Shown: positions 8,438-19,715 of the stretch, piece by piece
Position numbering within the stretch: the stretch's first letter is position 1
Layout of the letters: every line of letters starts with the position of its first letter
Source of the DNA: an uncultured Clostridia bacterium
GTDB taxonomy: Bacteria > Bacillota > Limnochordia > Darwinibacteriales > DTU012
Direction of reading: 5' to 3'
Assembly (NCBI GenBank): GCA_900019385.1
Contig: FIZJ01000011.1
Coordinates: 96,603-160,602 of the forward strand
DNA: 64,000 nt
The notes under the pieces: generated by a model
The model's database searches: none
Seen by the model: only the letters and a program-made list of their open reading frames with translations
Told to the model about the DNA's origin: nothing
Made by a program: the position numbers and the translations under genes

Positions 8438-9598
8438 ATGGCCAGGGTATTGCTAGACGGTGTTACCAAGCGTTTTGGTAACGTCGTGGCAGTAAACGAT
8501 GTAGATTTGGAAGTCAAAGATAAAGAGTTTGTAGTATTGGTAGGCCCGTCCGGCTGCGGAAAATCCACCACACTGCGGATGATCGCCGGACTGGAGGAAA
8601 TCACAAAGGGAACTATCACTATTGGGGACACTGTTGTCAACGACATTCCTCCCAAAGACAGAGACATTGCCATGGTATTCCAAAACTATGCTCTGTATCC
8701 CCACATGGATGTTTATAATAACATGGCTTTTGGTTTGAAACTGCGCAAGTTCCCCAAGACCGAGATCGATCGCCGCGTTAAAGAAGCGGCCCGGATGTTG
8801 GGAATCGAGAACTTGCTCGACAGAAAGCCGAAGCAGCTCTCCGGCGGTCAGCGTCAGCGTGTCGCTGTAGGCCGGGCGATTGTGCGGGAACCAAAAGTAT
8901 TCCTGATGGACGAACCGCTGTCCAACCTCGACGCCAAGCTGCGCGTGCAGATGAGGGCTGAGCTCAGCAAGCTGCATCAAAGGCTGCAGGCCACAATCAT
9001 CTACGTTACCCACGACCAGATCGAAGCTATGACCATGGGTGACAGGATTGTGGTTATGCGCGACGGCCTCATCCAACAGGTGGCCAGCCCGCTGGTAATC
9101 TACAACCATCCGAACAATGTGTTCGTAGCCGGGTTCATCGGCAGCCCGCCCATGAACTTCATCAATATGATCTTGACCCGCGAAGATGACCGCTACTTCG
9201 TGGAGACCATCGAAGGCCGGGTCAAGCTGGAGATTCCACGGGAACGTGTAGCCTACTTCGACAATATCGACGCGTATGTTGAAAAAGAAGTGATCTTCGG
9301 TATCCGTCCAGAAGACATCGAAGACTTCGATGTGTTCAAGGCCCAGTACGGAGATGCAGCCGAATCAATGAACAACTCTTTCACCGCCATGGTGGACGTG
9401 ATCGAGCCGATGGGCGCCGAAACATACCTCTACCTGTCGCTGGATGAAGAGATTCCACAGCTGATTGCCCGTGTTGATGCCCAGACAACAGCCGTCAGCG
9501 GCGAGCAGCACAAAGTGGCGCTCAACATGAACAAGTGTCAGCTGTTTGACAAAGAGACCGAGAAATCGCTCCGGAAAGAAAACGTGCGCTTGAGATAA
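8438..9598 (+). CDS. msmX: Sugar ABC transporter ATPase (MsmX/MalK/UgpC family), stand-alone
   Basis: [54 protein letters not shown]-terminal TOBE region. Confidence 0.9.
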   Translation: MARVLLDGVTKRFGNVVAVNDVDLEVKDKEFVVLVGPSGCGKSTTLRMIAGLEEITKGTITIGDTVVNDIPPKDRDIAMVFQNYALYPHMDVYNNMAFGLKLRKFPKTEIDRRVKEAARMLGIENLLDRKPKQLSGGQRQRVAVGRAIVREPKVFLMDEPLSNLDAKLRVQMRAELSKLHQRLQATIIYVTHDQIEAMTMGDRIVVMRDGLIQQVASPLVIYNHPNNVFVAGFIGSPPMNFINMILTREDDRYFVETIEGRVKLEIPRERVAYFDNIDAYVEKEVIFGIRPEDIEDFDVFKAQYGDAAESMNNSFTAMVDVIEPMGAETYLYLSLDEEIPQLIARVDAQTTAVSGEQHKVALNMNKCQLFDKETEKSLRKENVRLR

Positions 9599-9628
9599 GC
9601 ATCTTTCGAAGCTGAGGAATGAGAGCAC

Positions 9629-9658
9629 AAGAGGGACGTGCTGACGTCCCTCTTTTTT
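9629..9658. terminator. Rho-independent terminator between convergent genes
   Basis: AAGAGGGACGT-GCTG-ACGTCCCTCTT-TTTT. Confidence 0.8.
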
Positions 9659-9697
9659 ATTCCACTAGCATATTCCCTCTTGGCCCGCTGCCTGCGG

Positions 9698-10399
9698 TTA
9701 CCGGCCGAACCGGTCCAGAATCTGCTGAAACTGGGCCCCGTAATGCACGGATTGGATGAACATGGCGAGATAAGCGCTGCGCACCGGATCGGCTTCGTAT
9801 CTCAGCTCGTTGATCAGCTGCCGCTCCAGTTCCTGGACAGTGTGGGCGGACTCCGCCAGGCCTTCCAGTTCTGTCTCCGCCTTTGCGAGAGCCTCACCGT
9901 CGTTTTGCTGTTCATAGATCAAACAGAGTTGATTAAGATACAGCATCCGCCAGAGCGAGTCAAAGAGCCTTACCCCTCTCTGCAGGACCTCTTCTGCCTG
10001 TGGATATTTTTTCATAAAAGTGAGTACCCTACCAGTTAGGTAATAAAGCTCTGGATTTGGCGGCAATTGGCAGTCAAGGTCATTGTTAGTCAGCAGGGAA
10101 TTTGTTAACTGCTCTAGAAATATAACCGTAGGTGTTTTCGGCAGCTGTGCCAAATATTGTTTGCAGACATCCGGTTGGAGAATCGACGCTTTGGCTTTGG
10201 CCAAGGTAGTTTGGTCGCCGACCAGTTCGGCGACGGTTGTGTCAAGCTTGTTGGCGATCTGGGAAAGTGTTTGGAGTGATGGCAGGATGCGGCCGCGCTC
10301 GATCTGACTGACATAGCTTCGGGTCCAATTGCCCTTGGCCAAGGCTTCCTGGCTTAGTCTCATTTTTTTTCGCCGCAGTCGGATATTGTCGCCGATCAT
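9698..10399 (-). CDS. XRE-family HTH regulator with TPR-like helical C-terminus
   Basis: IGDNIRLRRKKMRLSQEALA..RSYVSQIERGRILPSLQTL; LYYLTGRVL..KYPQAEEVLQRG TPR-like; minus-strand TTGAAC-17-TAATAT promoter at 10468-10496. Confidence 0.85.
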   Translation of the reverse strand: MIGDNIRLRRKKMRLSQEALAKGNWTRSYVSQIERGRILPSLQTLSQIANKLDTTVAELVGDQTTLAKAKASILQPDVCKQYLAQLPKTPTVIFLEQLTNSLLTNNDLDCQLPPNPELYYLTGRVLTFMKKYPQAEEVLQRGVRLFDSLWRMLYLNQLCLIYEQQNDGEALAKAETELEGLAESAHTVQELERQLINELRYEADPVRSAYLAMFIQSVHYGAQFQQILDRFGR

Positions 10400-10521
10400 A
10401 TCAAACACCTTCTTTTTAAAAATTGCCTGATCCCACAAGCATGGAAATATGAATCAGCGCTATCTATATATTACCATATTTCGTGGATGAGTTCAATTTT
10501 TCTGTAAAGAGGTGAGCGGTC

Positions 10522-10791
10522 GTGGCTCAAAACAAGCGCATCGTGGTCTCTGTGCCAAACAAGCTGCTGCAGGAAGTAGACCGTGTCGTGCAGGAAGGAA
10601 ACGGCAACAGGAGCCAGTTTATCCGGGAAGCGGTACAGATGTACATCCTGCACAGGAAACGCTCCGTGCTGCGGGAACAGCTGAAGAAGGGCTATCAAGC
10701 CATGGCGGGCCTGAACCTGCTGCTGGCTGAGGAAGGAAGCGACGAACAGCTGCTCGACTATTACGAAAGACAGTTGGCGGAGGCGGAATAA
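10522..10791 (+). CDS. ndoAI: RHH/CopG antitoxin EndoAI (MazE-like)
   Basis: [44 protein letters not shown]; adjacent to ndoA. Confidence 0.9.
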   Translation: MAQNKRIVVSVPNKLLQEVDRVVQEGNGNRSQFIREAVQMYILHRKRSVLREQLKKGYQAMAGLNLLLAEEGSDEQLLDYYERQLAEAE

Positions 10792-10792
10792 T

Positions 10793-11149
10793 GTGCAAGA
10801 ACCGATAAGGCGTGGGGATATTTTCTATGCCAACCTCAATCCGGTGATTGGCTCGGAACAGGGTGGTGTGCGGCCTGTCTTGATTATCCAGAACAATATC
10901 GGCAACAAATACAGTCCCACCACGATAATCGCGGCGATCACATCCAAGATCAAAAAAGCCAAGCTGCCGACACATGTGGAATTGTCGGCGGCCGAGTTCA
11001 ACCTGGAAAAAGATTCGGTTATTCTGCTGGAGCAGCTGCGGACCATTGACAAACGGCGCTTGAAGGAAAAAATAGCGCACCTGGACGATGAGATTATGAG
11101 CGAAATCGACCGGGCTTTGATGATCAGCCTCGGTTTGGTCGATTTGTAA
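10793..11149 (+). CDS. ndoA: PemK/MazF endoribonuclease toxin EndoA
   Basis: [53 protein letters not shown]. Confidence 0.95.
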   Translation: MQEPIRRGDIFYANLNPVIGSEQGGVRPVLIIQNNIGNKYSPTTIIAAITSKIKKAKLPTHVELSAAEFNLEKDSVILLEQLRTIDKRRLKEKIAHLDDEIMSEIDRALMISLGLVDL

Positions 11150-11150
11150 G

Positions 11151-11180
11151 GCACTCACTTCGCTGAGTGTTTTTCTTTTT
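11151..11180 (+). terminator. Terminator after ndoA
   Basis: GCACTCA-CTTCGC-TGAGTGT-TTTT. Confidence 0.6.
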
Positions 11181-11195
11181 GAGGGAGGTGCGGTA

Positions 11196-11903
11196 GTGAA
11201 TCCGCTGATTGGCATCACCTGCAGCCATGACTGGACAGAACCGCAGCGGTTCTTCGTCAACACAGCCTATGTCCGGGCTGTGGCCGCTGCCGGCGGGATC
11301 CCGATCCTAGTCCCTTACCAGGAGGAGGCGGGGTTAGAACACATTTTGAGCCGGATAGACGGACTTTTGGTCACGGGCGGTGTTGATCTCGACGCGAAAT
11401 ATTTTGATCAAGCACTGCATCCAAAAAGTGGTATAATTGATCCTTGGCGGGATCAGCTGGATCTGTTCATGATCCGGGGTGCCTTGGCCAGGCAACTGCC
11501 GATTTTGGCTATCTGCCGCGGCTGCCAGGTTTTGAATGTGGCCTGCGGCGGCAGCCTGATCCAGGATATCGAGAGCCATTACCAAAATCCGCTCAAGCAC
11601 CGGCAGGAAGCGCCCAGGTGGTATCCCACCCATCCTGTCGCTGTCGCCCCCGGCAGCTTGCTGGCGGATATTTACGGGACTGCCTCTCTCTGGGTCAATT
11701 CATTCCACCATCAGGCGTTGGATCGGATCGCTCCCGGATTCCGGGTTACAGCGTCAGCAGCTGACGGAGTGGTGGAAGCCATTGAGAGTACCGACGGCAG
11801 GTTTGTCCTGGGGGTACAGTGGCACCCTGAGTTGATGATTGATCATGATCCCGGTGTGGGCAGCTTGTTTGCCCATTTCACAGCAGCAGCGAGAGAGCGC
11901 TGA
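11196..11903 (+). CDS. Peptidase C26 / gamma-glutamyl hydrolase family (class I glutamine amidotransferase fold)
   Basis: DGLLVTGGVD, AICRGCQVLN (Cys), VNSFHHQ, GVQWHPE (His-Glu). Confidence 0.9.
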   Translation: MNPLIGITCSHDWTEPQRFFVNTAYVRAVAAAGGIPILVPYQEEAGLEHILSRIDGLLVTGGVDLDAKYFDQALHPKSGIIDPWRDQLDLFMIRGALARQLPILAICRGCQVLNVACGGSLIQDIESHYQNPLKHRQEAPRWYPTHPVAVAPGSLLADIYGTASLWVNSFHHQALDRIAPGFRVTASAADGVVEAIESTDGRFVLGVQWHPELMIDHDPGVGSLFAHFTAAARER

Positions 11904-11929
11904 AGGCGCACCGGGAATGGGGGAAAATA

Positions 11930-12946
11930 ATGGCAAGCATTGTGGCAAAAGTATTCCGAGGTCAAATGGTGGAAAGTGTGCATTACGGGGATTGGGTGAT
12001 CGTGGATCAAGCAGGCCGGATCATTGCCTGCCAAGGCGATCCACAGCTGAGGACTTATTTTCGTTCCGCCGCCAAACCAATCCAGGCCCTGCCCGTTGTG
12101 GAACAGGGAGCAGCCGATCATTTCGGCTTCACCGACGCCGAACTGGCTGTCACCTGCGCATCCCACAGCGGTGAGCCGGAACACTTGGCGGCAGTCAGTT
12201 CCATGCTGGCCAAGATGGGGCTGGATCACACAGCGCTTCAGTGTGGAATCCATCCGCCTAAAGATCCCAATCAGCAGCGGCTGTTGGCCGTTACCGGCGC
12301 CGAACCGACTCAACTTCACAACAACTGCTCCGGCAAGCACGCAGGCATGCTGGCTTTATGCCTATACAACGGGTGGGACCGGGACAAATACACCGATCCG
12401 GACCATCCCCTGCAGCGGCTGCTGATTTCCTACATCAGCGAGTTTTGCGGCACCCCGGCGGACAAAATATCCTTGGGAATTGACGGCTGCGGTGTGCCGG
12501 TGTATGGGGTGTCCATAGCGGCAATGGCCCTGGCATGGGCCCGCCTGGCAGATCCCAGCCAGTTTGGGCAGCAGCGGATCCAGGCAGTCAAACGGATCAT
12601 GGGCGCCATGAGCGGTTATCCCCGCCAGGTGGCAGGAACCAACCAGTTTTGCACGGACCTGATGATTGCCTTCCACCACCACGGCCTCGTGGCCAAATCG
12701 GGGGCTGAAGCCGTGTACTGCCTTGCCCTGCCGGATCGGGGCTGGGGCCTTGCTTTGAAGATCGCCGACGGCGGCAGCCGAGCGGTGGCCCCGGTGGTGC
12801 TTGCCATTTTGAGCCAACTGGGCTATAGTGGTGACAGAAATGTCTTGAGCCACTACCTTCCGGCAGTGATCAACAACCACCATCGACAGCCGGTGGGCGA
12901 GATTGTGCCTGACTTGTCTGAAGCCATATTTGAGAGGGTTGTTTAG
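11930..12946 (+). CDS. L-asparaginase II (Rhizobium AnsA-type)
   Basis: RSAAKPIQA, CASHSGE, NNCSGKHAG, DGCGVP, AKSGAEAV, KIADG. Confidence 0.9.
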   Translation: MASIVAKVFRGQMVESVHYGDWVIVDQAGRIIACQGDPQLRTYFRSAAKPIQALPVVEQGAADHFGFTDAELAVTCASHSGEPEHLAAVSSMLAKMGLDHTALQCGIHPPKDPNQQRLLAVTGAEPTQLHNNCSGKHAGMLALCLYNGWDRDKYTDPDHPLQRLLISYISEFCGTPADKISLGIDGCGVPVYGVSIAAMALAWARLADPSQFGQQRIQAVKRIMGAMSGYPRQVAGTNQFCTDLMIAFHHHGLVAKSGAEAVYCLALPDRGWGLALKIADGGSRAVAPVVLAILSQLGYSGDRNVLSHYLPAVINNHHRQPVGEIVPDLSEAIFERVV

Positions 12947-13411
12947 ATGAAATACACCGCCGCATCACCCCGGGAGACAATGGAACTGGGCATAGCCTTG
13001 GCCAAGCTTCTGAGACCTGGGGATCTGATCAGCCTTGAGGGAGATCTAGGCGCTGGGAAGACACAGCTGGCCAAAGGAATCGGCGCCGGCCTGGGTATTG
13101 AGGAAAACACAATCACCAGCCCCAGCTTTACGCTGATCAACCAATACGAAGGCAGATATCCCCTGTACCATTTTGATGTCTATCGGATCGAACCGGTTGA
13201 TCTCGAGGAGCTCGGTTACGAGGAGTTCTTCTTCGGTAAAGGCGTCTGCTTGGTGGAATGGGGTGATCGAGTCCGGGATTATCTGCCTGATGAATATCTG
13301 CAGATTGTCATTCAGCAGGCAGGTGCCCAAAAGCGCGAACTGACTCTCACAGCCCATGGAGAGCGTTATCAAGAACTGTTATCCCAACTTAAAGTGGTGG
13401 TCCAGGCATGA
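12947..13411 (+). CDS. tsaE: t6A biosynthesis ATPase TsaE
   Basis: GDLGAGKT, SPSFTLINQY, HFDVYR, VEWG. Confidence 0.95.
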   Translation: MKYTAASPRETMELGIALAKLLRPGDLISLEGDLGAGKTQLAKGIGAGLGIEENTITSPSFTLINQYEGRYPLYHFDVYRIEPVDLEELGYEEFFFGKGVCLVEWGDRVRDYLPDEYLQIVIQQAGAQKRELTLTAHGERYQELLSQLKVVVQA

Positions 13412-14109
13412 ATATTCTGGGAATCGACACATCAGCAGCAATGGGCGGCGCCGCCATTGTCAGCGAGGATGGGCTCGCGGCGGAGTACACCCTTAAGATC
13501 CACAACGGCCATTCCGAGCGGATCATTCCCGCAGTGGAACAGCTTCTCGCCGATTCCGGCCTGAAGCTGGAGGATATGGCGGCTTTCGCGGTGGTTACCG
13601 GCCCCGGGTCGTTCACCGGGATTAGAGTGGGGCTGGCAACCATCAAAGGCTTTGCCTACAGCCTGGGCAAACCAATCATACCTGTGACGGCCATAGAGGC
13701 CTTGGCCTGGCAGTTTCAAAACTTTCCCCACCTGATCTGCCCGATCATCGACGCCCGGCGCCGTGAAGTCTTCACACAGCTGTTCCGGGGCGGCATGCCG
13801 GTTCAAGCAGCGGTCAACTGTAAACTGAGCGATCTCCTTAGGGATCTGGCGGCTGTTGATGAGCCGATCTTGTTTGTGGGCCAAGGTGCGCTGGATTTTC
13901 AGGAAGACCTGGCTCAGCTGCCGCAGGCTGTTTTCCCCACCAGCGAACAGATTGGGCTTAGGCCGGGCAGTGTCGCCGGTTTAGGCCTGAACCGGCTGCG
14001 GCAGGGAGCGGGGCAAACCTGGTACGAAGTGCTGCCGTTTTACATGCGCAAAAGCAGCGCCGAATACCAATTCGACGCGGTGGAGAGTAAACATGAAGCT
14101 GGAGAATGA
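13408..14109 (+). CDS. tsaB: t6A biosynthesis protein TsaB
   Basis: LGIDTS, HSE, GPGSFTGIRVG, DARRREV. Confidence 0.95.
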   Translation: MNILGIDTSAAMGGAAIVSEDGLAAEYTLKIHNGHSERIIPAVEQLLADSGLKLEDMAAFAVVTGPGSFTGIRVGLATIKGFAYSLGKPIIPVTAIEALAWQFQNFPHLICPIIDARRREVFTQLFRGGMPVQAAVNCKLSDLLRDLAAVDEPILFVGQGALDFQEDLAQLPQAVFPTSEQIGLRPGSVAGLGLNRLRQGAGQTWYEVLPFYMRKSSAEYQFDAVESKHEAGE

Positions 14110-14617
14110 ACGAATCCCCGACCAGTTCAAAATCGATGTCATGACTGTGAACGACATCCCCGGCGTCCAGGTGATTGAAAGATATTCGTTCCCCACACCC
14201 TGGTCGATGCGGGCTTTTGTTTCAGAGATAACGGAGAACGACTGCGCCCACTACCTGGTGATGCGCCGGGGCAGGCAGGTTGTCGGTTATGTAGGCATGT
14301 GGCTCATCATCGATGAAGGCCACATCACCAACATCGCCGTGCATCCCGCCTGGCGCCGCAGAGGCATCGGCACTAGGCTGCTCAACGCCATCGCGGCCCA
14401 CGCCTATAGGCTCGGCGCCCGCAGGATGACCCTGGAAGTGCGCCGCTCCAACCATCAGGCCCAGGCGCTGTATCACAAACTGGGCTACACAGTTGCCGGC
14501 GTCAGGCCCAGATACTACTTGGACAACGGCGAAGACGCACTGATTATGTGGAAGGAATTGAACAGCGATGACTGCCAAGCCATTTCTGACATTGGGAATA
14601 GAGACGAGCTGCGATGA
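14093..14617 (+). CDS. rimI: Ribosomal protein S18 alanine N-acetyltransferase
   Basis: SFPTPWS, GHITNIAV..RRRGIG, LEVRRSN, RPRYY..EDALIM. Confidence 0.9.
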   Translation: MKLENERIPDQFKIDVMTVNDIPGVQVIERYSFPTPWSMRAFVSEITENDCAHYLVMRRGRQVVGYVGMWLIIDEGHITNIAVHPAWRRRGIGTRLLNAIAAHAYRLGARRMTLEVRRSNHQAQALYHKLGYTVAGVRPRYYLDNGEDALIMWKELNSDDCQAISDIGNRDELR

Positions 14618-15587
14618 AACAGCCGCGGCGGTGATTGCCGGCGGGACCCGGATTCTCTCGAACATTGTCACGTCTCAGGTGGATCTGCACCAGCGTTTCG
14701 GCGGTGTAGTCCCGGAGATCGCCGCCCGCAAACATATAGAGGCGATCTTTCCTGTCATTGACAAGGCCCTTAAGGACGCAGGCGCCGCCGCGGCCGACAT
14801 TGATCTGATCGCCGTGACACACGGGCCGGGATTGATCGGCGCCCTGCTGGTCGGGCTTCAAGCAGCGAAAGCACTGGCTTTTGCCTTGGGCAAACCATTG
14901 ATCGGGATCAATCATGTCGAAGGGCACATCTATGCCAATGTGCTGGCCCATCCCGGGCTTGAGCCGCCCTTTGTCTGCCTCACCGCGTCCGGAGGCCATA
15001 CTGATCTGCTGTACGTGCCTGAGTTCGGCCGCTATGAACTGTTGGGCCGCACCAGGGATGATGCGGCAGGGGAAGCTTTCGACAAAATCGCCAGGGTGTT
15101 GGGCCTGCCATACCCGGGAGGCCCCCAGATCAGCCGGCTCGCTGAGACAGGGGACCGGGAAGCGATCAGTTTCCCCCGGGGCCTGAGCGGTGAAGACACC
15201 TTTGATTTCAGCTTCAGCGGGTTGAAGACTTTCGCCCTGTACTACATCAATAACGCCCGGCAAAGCGGGGAAGAGATCAACCTTCCTGATTTCGCCGCCA
15301 GTTTCCAGTGGGCGATTGTGGATGTCTTGGCGACGAGGCTAATCCGAGCCGCCCAGTTTAAAAAAACCAGGCAAGTGGTCCTCTCCGGCGGTGTTTCCGC
15401 CAACCAGAGCCTGCGCAGGGAGGTGGCCGCGTTGGCCGAGCCCTTGGGGATTTCCGTCTACTTTCCTCCGCTGGATTTATGCACCGATAACGCGGCGATG
15501 ATCGCCAGCGCCGGGTACTTCAAGCACCAGGCGGGCTGCTCCCACAGTTGGGATCTTAATGCCGTCCCCAATCTGCGTTTGATTTAG
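14568..15587 (+). CDS. tsaD: tRNA N6-threonylcarbamoyltransferase TsaD
   Basis: GIETSCDET, GGVVPE, HVEGH, SGGHT, DDAAGEAFDK, SFSGLKT, CTDNAAMI. Confidence 0.97.
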   Translation: MTAKPFLTLGIETSCDETAAAVIAGGTRILSNIVTSQVDLHQRFGGVVPEIAARKHIEAIFPVIDKALKDAGAAAADIDLIAVTHGPGLIGALLVGLQAAKALAFALGKPLIGINHVEGHIYANVLAHPGLEPPFVCLTASGGHTDLLYVPEFGRYELLGRTRDDAAGEAFDKIARVLGLPYPGGPQISRLAETGDREAISFPRGLSGEDTFDFSFSGLKTFALYYINNARQSGEEINLPDFAASFQWAIVDVLATRLIRAAQFKKTRQVVLSGGVSANQSLRREVAALAEPLGISVYFPPLDLCTDNAAMIASAGYFKHQAGCSHSWDLNAVPNLRLI

Positions 15588-15694
15588 GGTGCCGGATGCG
15601 GGAGCTAGAGGGAAGATGAGCGAGGAAAGCGAAGATAATCGGGAAAAGGTGGCAATAAATGCCGAAAACGTCATATTCTGGGCTGAAAAGATAT

Positions 15695-15723
15695 TTGCAT
15701 TTAAAAAAGCGGTTTTATATCAT
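15695..15723 (+). promoter_or_regulatory. SigA promoter of groESL
   Basis: TTGCAT-17-TATCAT. Confidence 0.65.
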
Positions 15724-15733
15724 TAGGTATAGG

Positions 15734-15760
15734 TTAGCACTCGCCTGTGTCGAGTGCTAA
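15734..15760 (+). promoter_or_regulatory. CIRCE element (HrcA operator)
   Basis: Exact TTAGCACTC-N9-GAGTGCTAA upstream of groES. Confidence 0.97.
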
Positions 15761-15803
15761 CAAGTGTCAAAGAGCATGAGATCACAAAAGGAGGTACTCA
15801 CAA

Positions 15804-16091
15804 ATGAATCTCAAACCATTAGGCGACCGAGTAATACTTAAAGTATTAGAGGCAGAAGAGAAAACAGCCAGCGGCATTTTCCTTCCGGACAACGCTAAGG
15901 AAAAGCCACAGCAGGGGAAGGTTCTGGCAGTTGGCCCCGGCAAGTACAACGACAAGGGTGAACTGATCAAGGTACAGGTGAAGGAAGGCGATGTGGTCAT
16001 TTTCGCCAAATACGCCGGGACCGAAGTGAAGTACCAAGGTGAAGAATACTTGATTGTGAAAGAATCTGACTTACTGGCAGTAGTAGGATAA
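15804..16091 (+). CDS. groES: Co-chaperonin GroES
   Basis: [32 protein letters not shown]. Confidence 0.98.
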   Translation: MNLKPLGDRVILKVLEAEEKTASGIFLPDNAKEKPQQGKVLAVGPGKYNDKGELIKVQVKEGDVVIFAKYAGTEVKYQGEEYLIVKESDLLAVVG

Positions 16092-16110
16092 CATAACCAA
16101 AGGAAGGTGA

Positions 16111-17733
<1,623 letters not shown>

Positions 17734-17750
17734 GGATACGGCGGTTAAGT

Positions 17751-17787
17751 AAGGGGAATCCTGTCAAAGTCAGGATTCCCCTTTTTT
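17751..17787 (+). terminator. groEL terminator
   Basis: AAGGGGAATCCTG..CAGGATTCCCCTT-TTTT. Confidence 0.85.
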
Positions 17788-17806
17788 CATGTTTATTCAG
17801 CCATTT

Positions 17807-17835
17807 AAAGGAAATCATTGGTGGGCAGCGAATTA
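17807..17835 (+). promoter_or_regulatory. SigH-like promoter upstream of hpt
   Basis: AAAGGAAAT-N12-GCGAATTA. Confidence 0.5.
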
Positions 17836-17875
17836 TAGTAAGTTATAAACTTGAATGTGATTGGAGTGCACGTCG

Positions 17876-18433
17876 ATGGACCTGGATTCGGTACAGGAAG
17901 TTTTGCTGACAGAAGCGCAGATAGCGGAACGTGTGCGGCAGCTGGGCCAGGAGATTTCCAGAGATTATGAAGGGAAGGACCTGGTTGTGGTGGGGATTCT
18001 TAAAGGCGCCATCTGCTTTTTCTCAGACTTGATCCGGCAGGTGGAAATCCCGGTCAATATCGATTTCATGGCTGTATCCAGCTACGGCAGTTCCTCCCAG
18101 ACATCGGGAGTGGTGAAGATCCTCAAAGATCTGGATATGCCGATTGAAGGCCGCCACATACTGCTTGTGGAGGATATTGTAGACACGGGGCTGACCTTGA
18201 ACTACCTGAAGACCAACCTCCTCTCCCGGAACCCCGCCAGCCTCAAGGTCGCGGCGCTTTTGGACAAGCCGGAACGGAGGCAGATCGATATCCACGCGGA
18301 TTATTTGGGTTTCTCGATTCCCGACCATTTCGTGGTCGGATATGGGATCGATTACGCGGAGCAGTACCGATCCCTGCCCTATGTGGCGATTCTGGACCCT
18401 GCGGCTTACCAAAGCCAGGCCAAGGAGGAGTGA
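17876..18433 (+). CDS. hpt: Hypoxanthine phosphoribosyltransferase
   Basis: GILKG, VSSYG, LLVEDIVDTGLTL, LLDK, FVVGYGID. Confidence 0.95.
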   Translation: MDLDSVQEVLLTEAQIAERVRQLGQEISRDYEGKDLVVVGILKGAICFFSDLIRQVEIPVNIDFMAVSSYGSSSQTSGVVKILKDLDMPIEGRHILLVEDIVDTGLTLNYLKTNLLSRNPASLKVAALLDKPERRQIDIHADYLGFSIPDHFVVGYGIDYAEQYRSLPYVAILDPAAYQSQAKEE

Positions 18434-18442
18434 ACCTCTATT

Positions 18443-19705
18443 ATGGAGACCATTCTCGTCATTGATCTGGGCACCTATTTCAGCCAGGAAGCGGCTAGAT
18501 TGGTGCGGGCCTTACGTGTCTACAGCGAAATTGTCCCGGGGACAGTCTCGGCTGCGGAGGTCAGAAAGAAAAACCCGATTGGAATCATCATCGCCGGCCC
18601 GTCTGAAACAGAAGGAAAACAGGGGCTGAGCCCGGATCCGGAGATCATGCGGCTGGGAATTCCTGTCCTGACACTGACAGAATCGCGGAAATCAGATGTG
18701 GAAGGCTTAAAGGAACAGCTTGTAGGCTTTTTGGACCAAGACTGCCGCGCAAGCCGCGACTGGACAATGGCGCAGTTTGTCAATGCCGCAGTGGAGGAGA
18801 TCCGGTCACAAGTCGGCAGTAGGAAGCTTGTCTGCGGGTTGAGCGGCGGAATCGACTCGTCTGTTGCGGCACTGCTGGTCCACAAAGCCGTGGGCGATCA
18901 GCTGACCTGTATTTTTGTGGATCACGGTTTCATGCGCAAAAACGAGCCCCAGGAAGTGGTCGAAACCTTCAGCAGGTTCGGCATCAACCTGGTTGCCGTT
19001 GACGCCGCTGATCGGTTTTTGGCCAAGGTCAAAGGCATCGCCGATCCGGAACAGAAGCGAAAGCTGATCGGTACGGAATTCATCAGGGTATTTGAGGAGG
19101 AAGCCCGCAAGCTCGGCACGGTGGACTTCCTGGTCCAGGGGACCATCTATCCTGACGTGATTGAAAGCGGGCTGGGACAGCACGCAGTGATCAAGTCCCA
19201 TCACAATGTGGGGGGCTTGCCTGATAATCTTGAGTTTGAGCTTGTCGAACCAGTGCGGCAGCTGTTCAAAGATGAAGTGAGGGAAGCGGCCCGGGTACTG
19301 GGGCTGCCTGAGTCCATCATTGAACGCCATCCGTTCCCTGGCCCGGGGCTGGCGGTGCGGGTGATCGGTGAAATCACCGCCGAAAAACTGGCGGTATTAA
19401 GGGAAGCGGATGCCATCTTCATTGAAGAGCTAAAGCAATCCGGCTGGTACCGGAAAGTGTGGCAGGCCTTTGCCGTCTTGACAGGCACAAAAACTGTAGG
19501 GATCAGAACGGGCGGCCGCACCTACGATTATGCCGTTGCCCTCAGGGCAGTCCACAGCACCGACGCCATGACCGCCCAGTGGGCGAAACTTCCGTATGAG
19601 CTGCTGGAACAGGTCAGCGCCAGAATCCTCTCCGAGGTGGAAGGTATCAACCGTGTGGTATACGATATCAGTGCCAAGCCGCCGGCAACTATCGAGTGGG
19701 AATAG
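18443..19705 (+). CDS. guaA: GMP synthase with intact ATP-pyrophosphatase and dimerisation domains but a degenerate, shortened glutaminase domain
   Basis: [49 protein letters not shown] present; GICYG and QFHPE absent; 420 aa. Confidence 0.9.
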   Translation: METILVIDLGTYFSQEAARLVRALRVYSEIVPGTVSAAEVRKKNPIGIIIAGPSETEGKQGLSPDPEIMRLGIPVLTLTESRKSDVEGLKEQLVGFLDQDCRASRDWTMAQFVNAAVEEIRSQVGSRKLVCGLSGGIDSSVAALLVHKAVGDQLTCIFVDHGFMRKNEPQEVVETFSRFGINLVAVDAADRFLAKVKGIADPEQKRKLIGTEFIRVFEEEARKLGTVDFLVQGTIYPDVIESGLGQHAVIKSHHNVGGLPDNLEFELVEPVRQLFKDEVREAARVLGLPESIIERHPFPGPGLAVRVIGEITAEKLAVLREADAIFIEELKQSGWYRKVWQAFAVLTGTKTVGIRTGGRTYDYAVALRAVHSTDAMTAQWAKLPYELLEQVSARILSEVEGINRVVYDISAKPPATIEWE

Positions 19706-19715
19706 GTGATTGGGA

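Noticed and set aside
14568-14617. 50-nt rimI/tsaD overlap suggesting a frameshifted fusion
   Set aside because: Both genes are complete and tsaD has its own ATG with an upstream AAGGA; simple stop-codon drift explains it
15617-15727. 36-codon ORF (MSEESEDNREK...) before groES
   Set aside because: Poor RBS spacing, runs through the groES promoter, no motif
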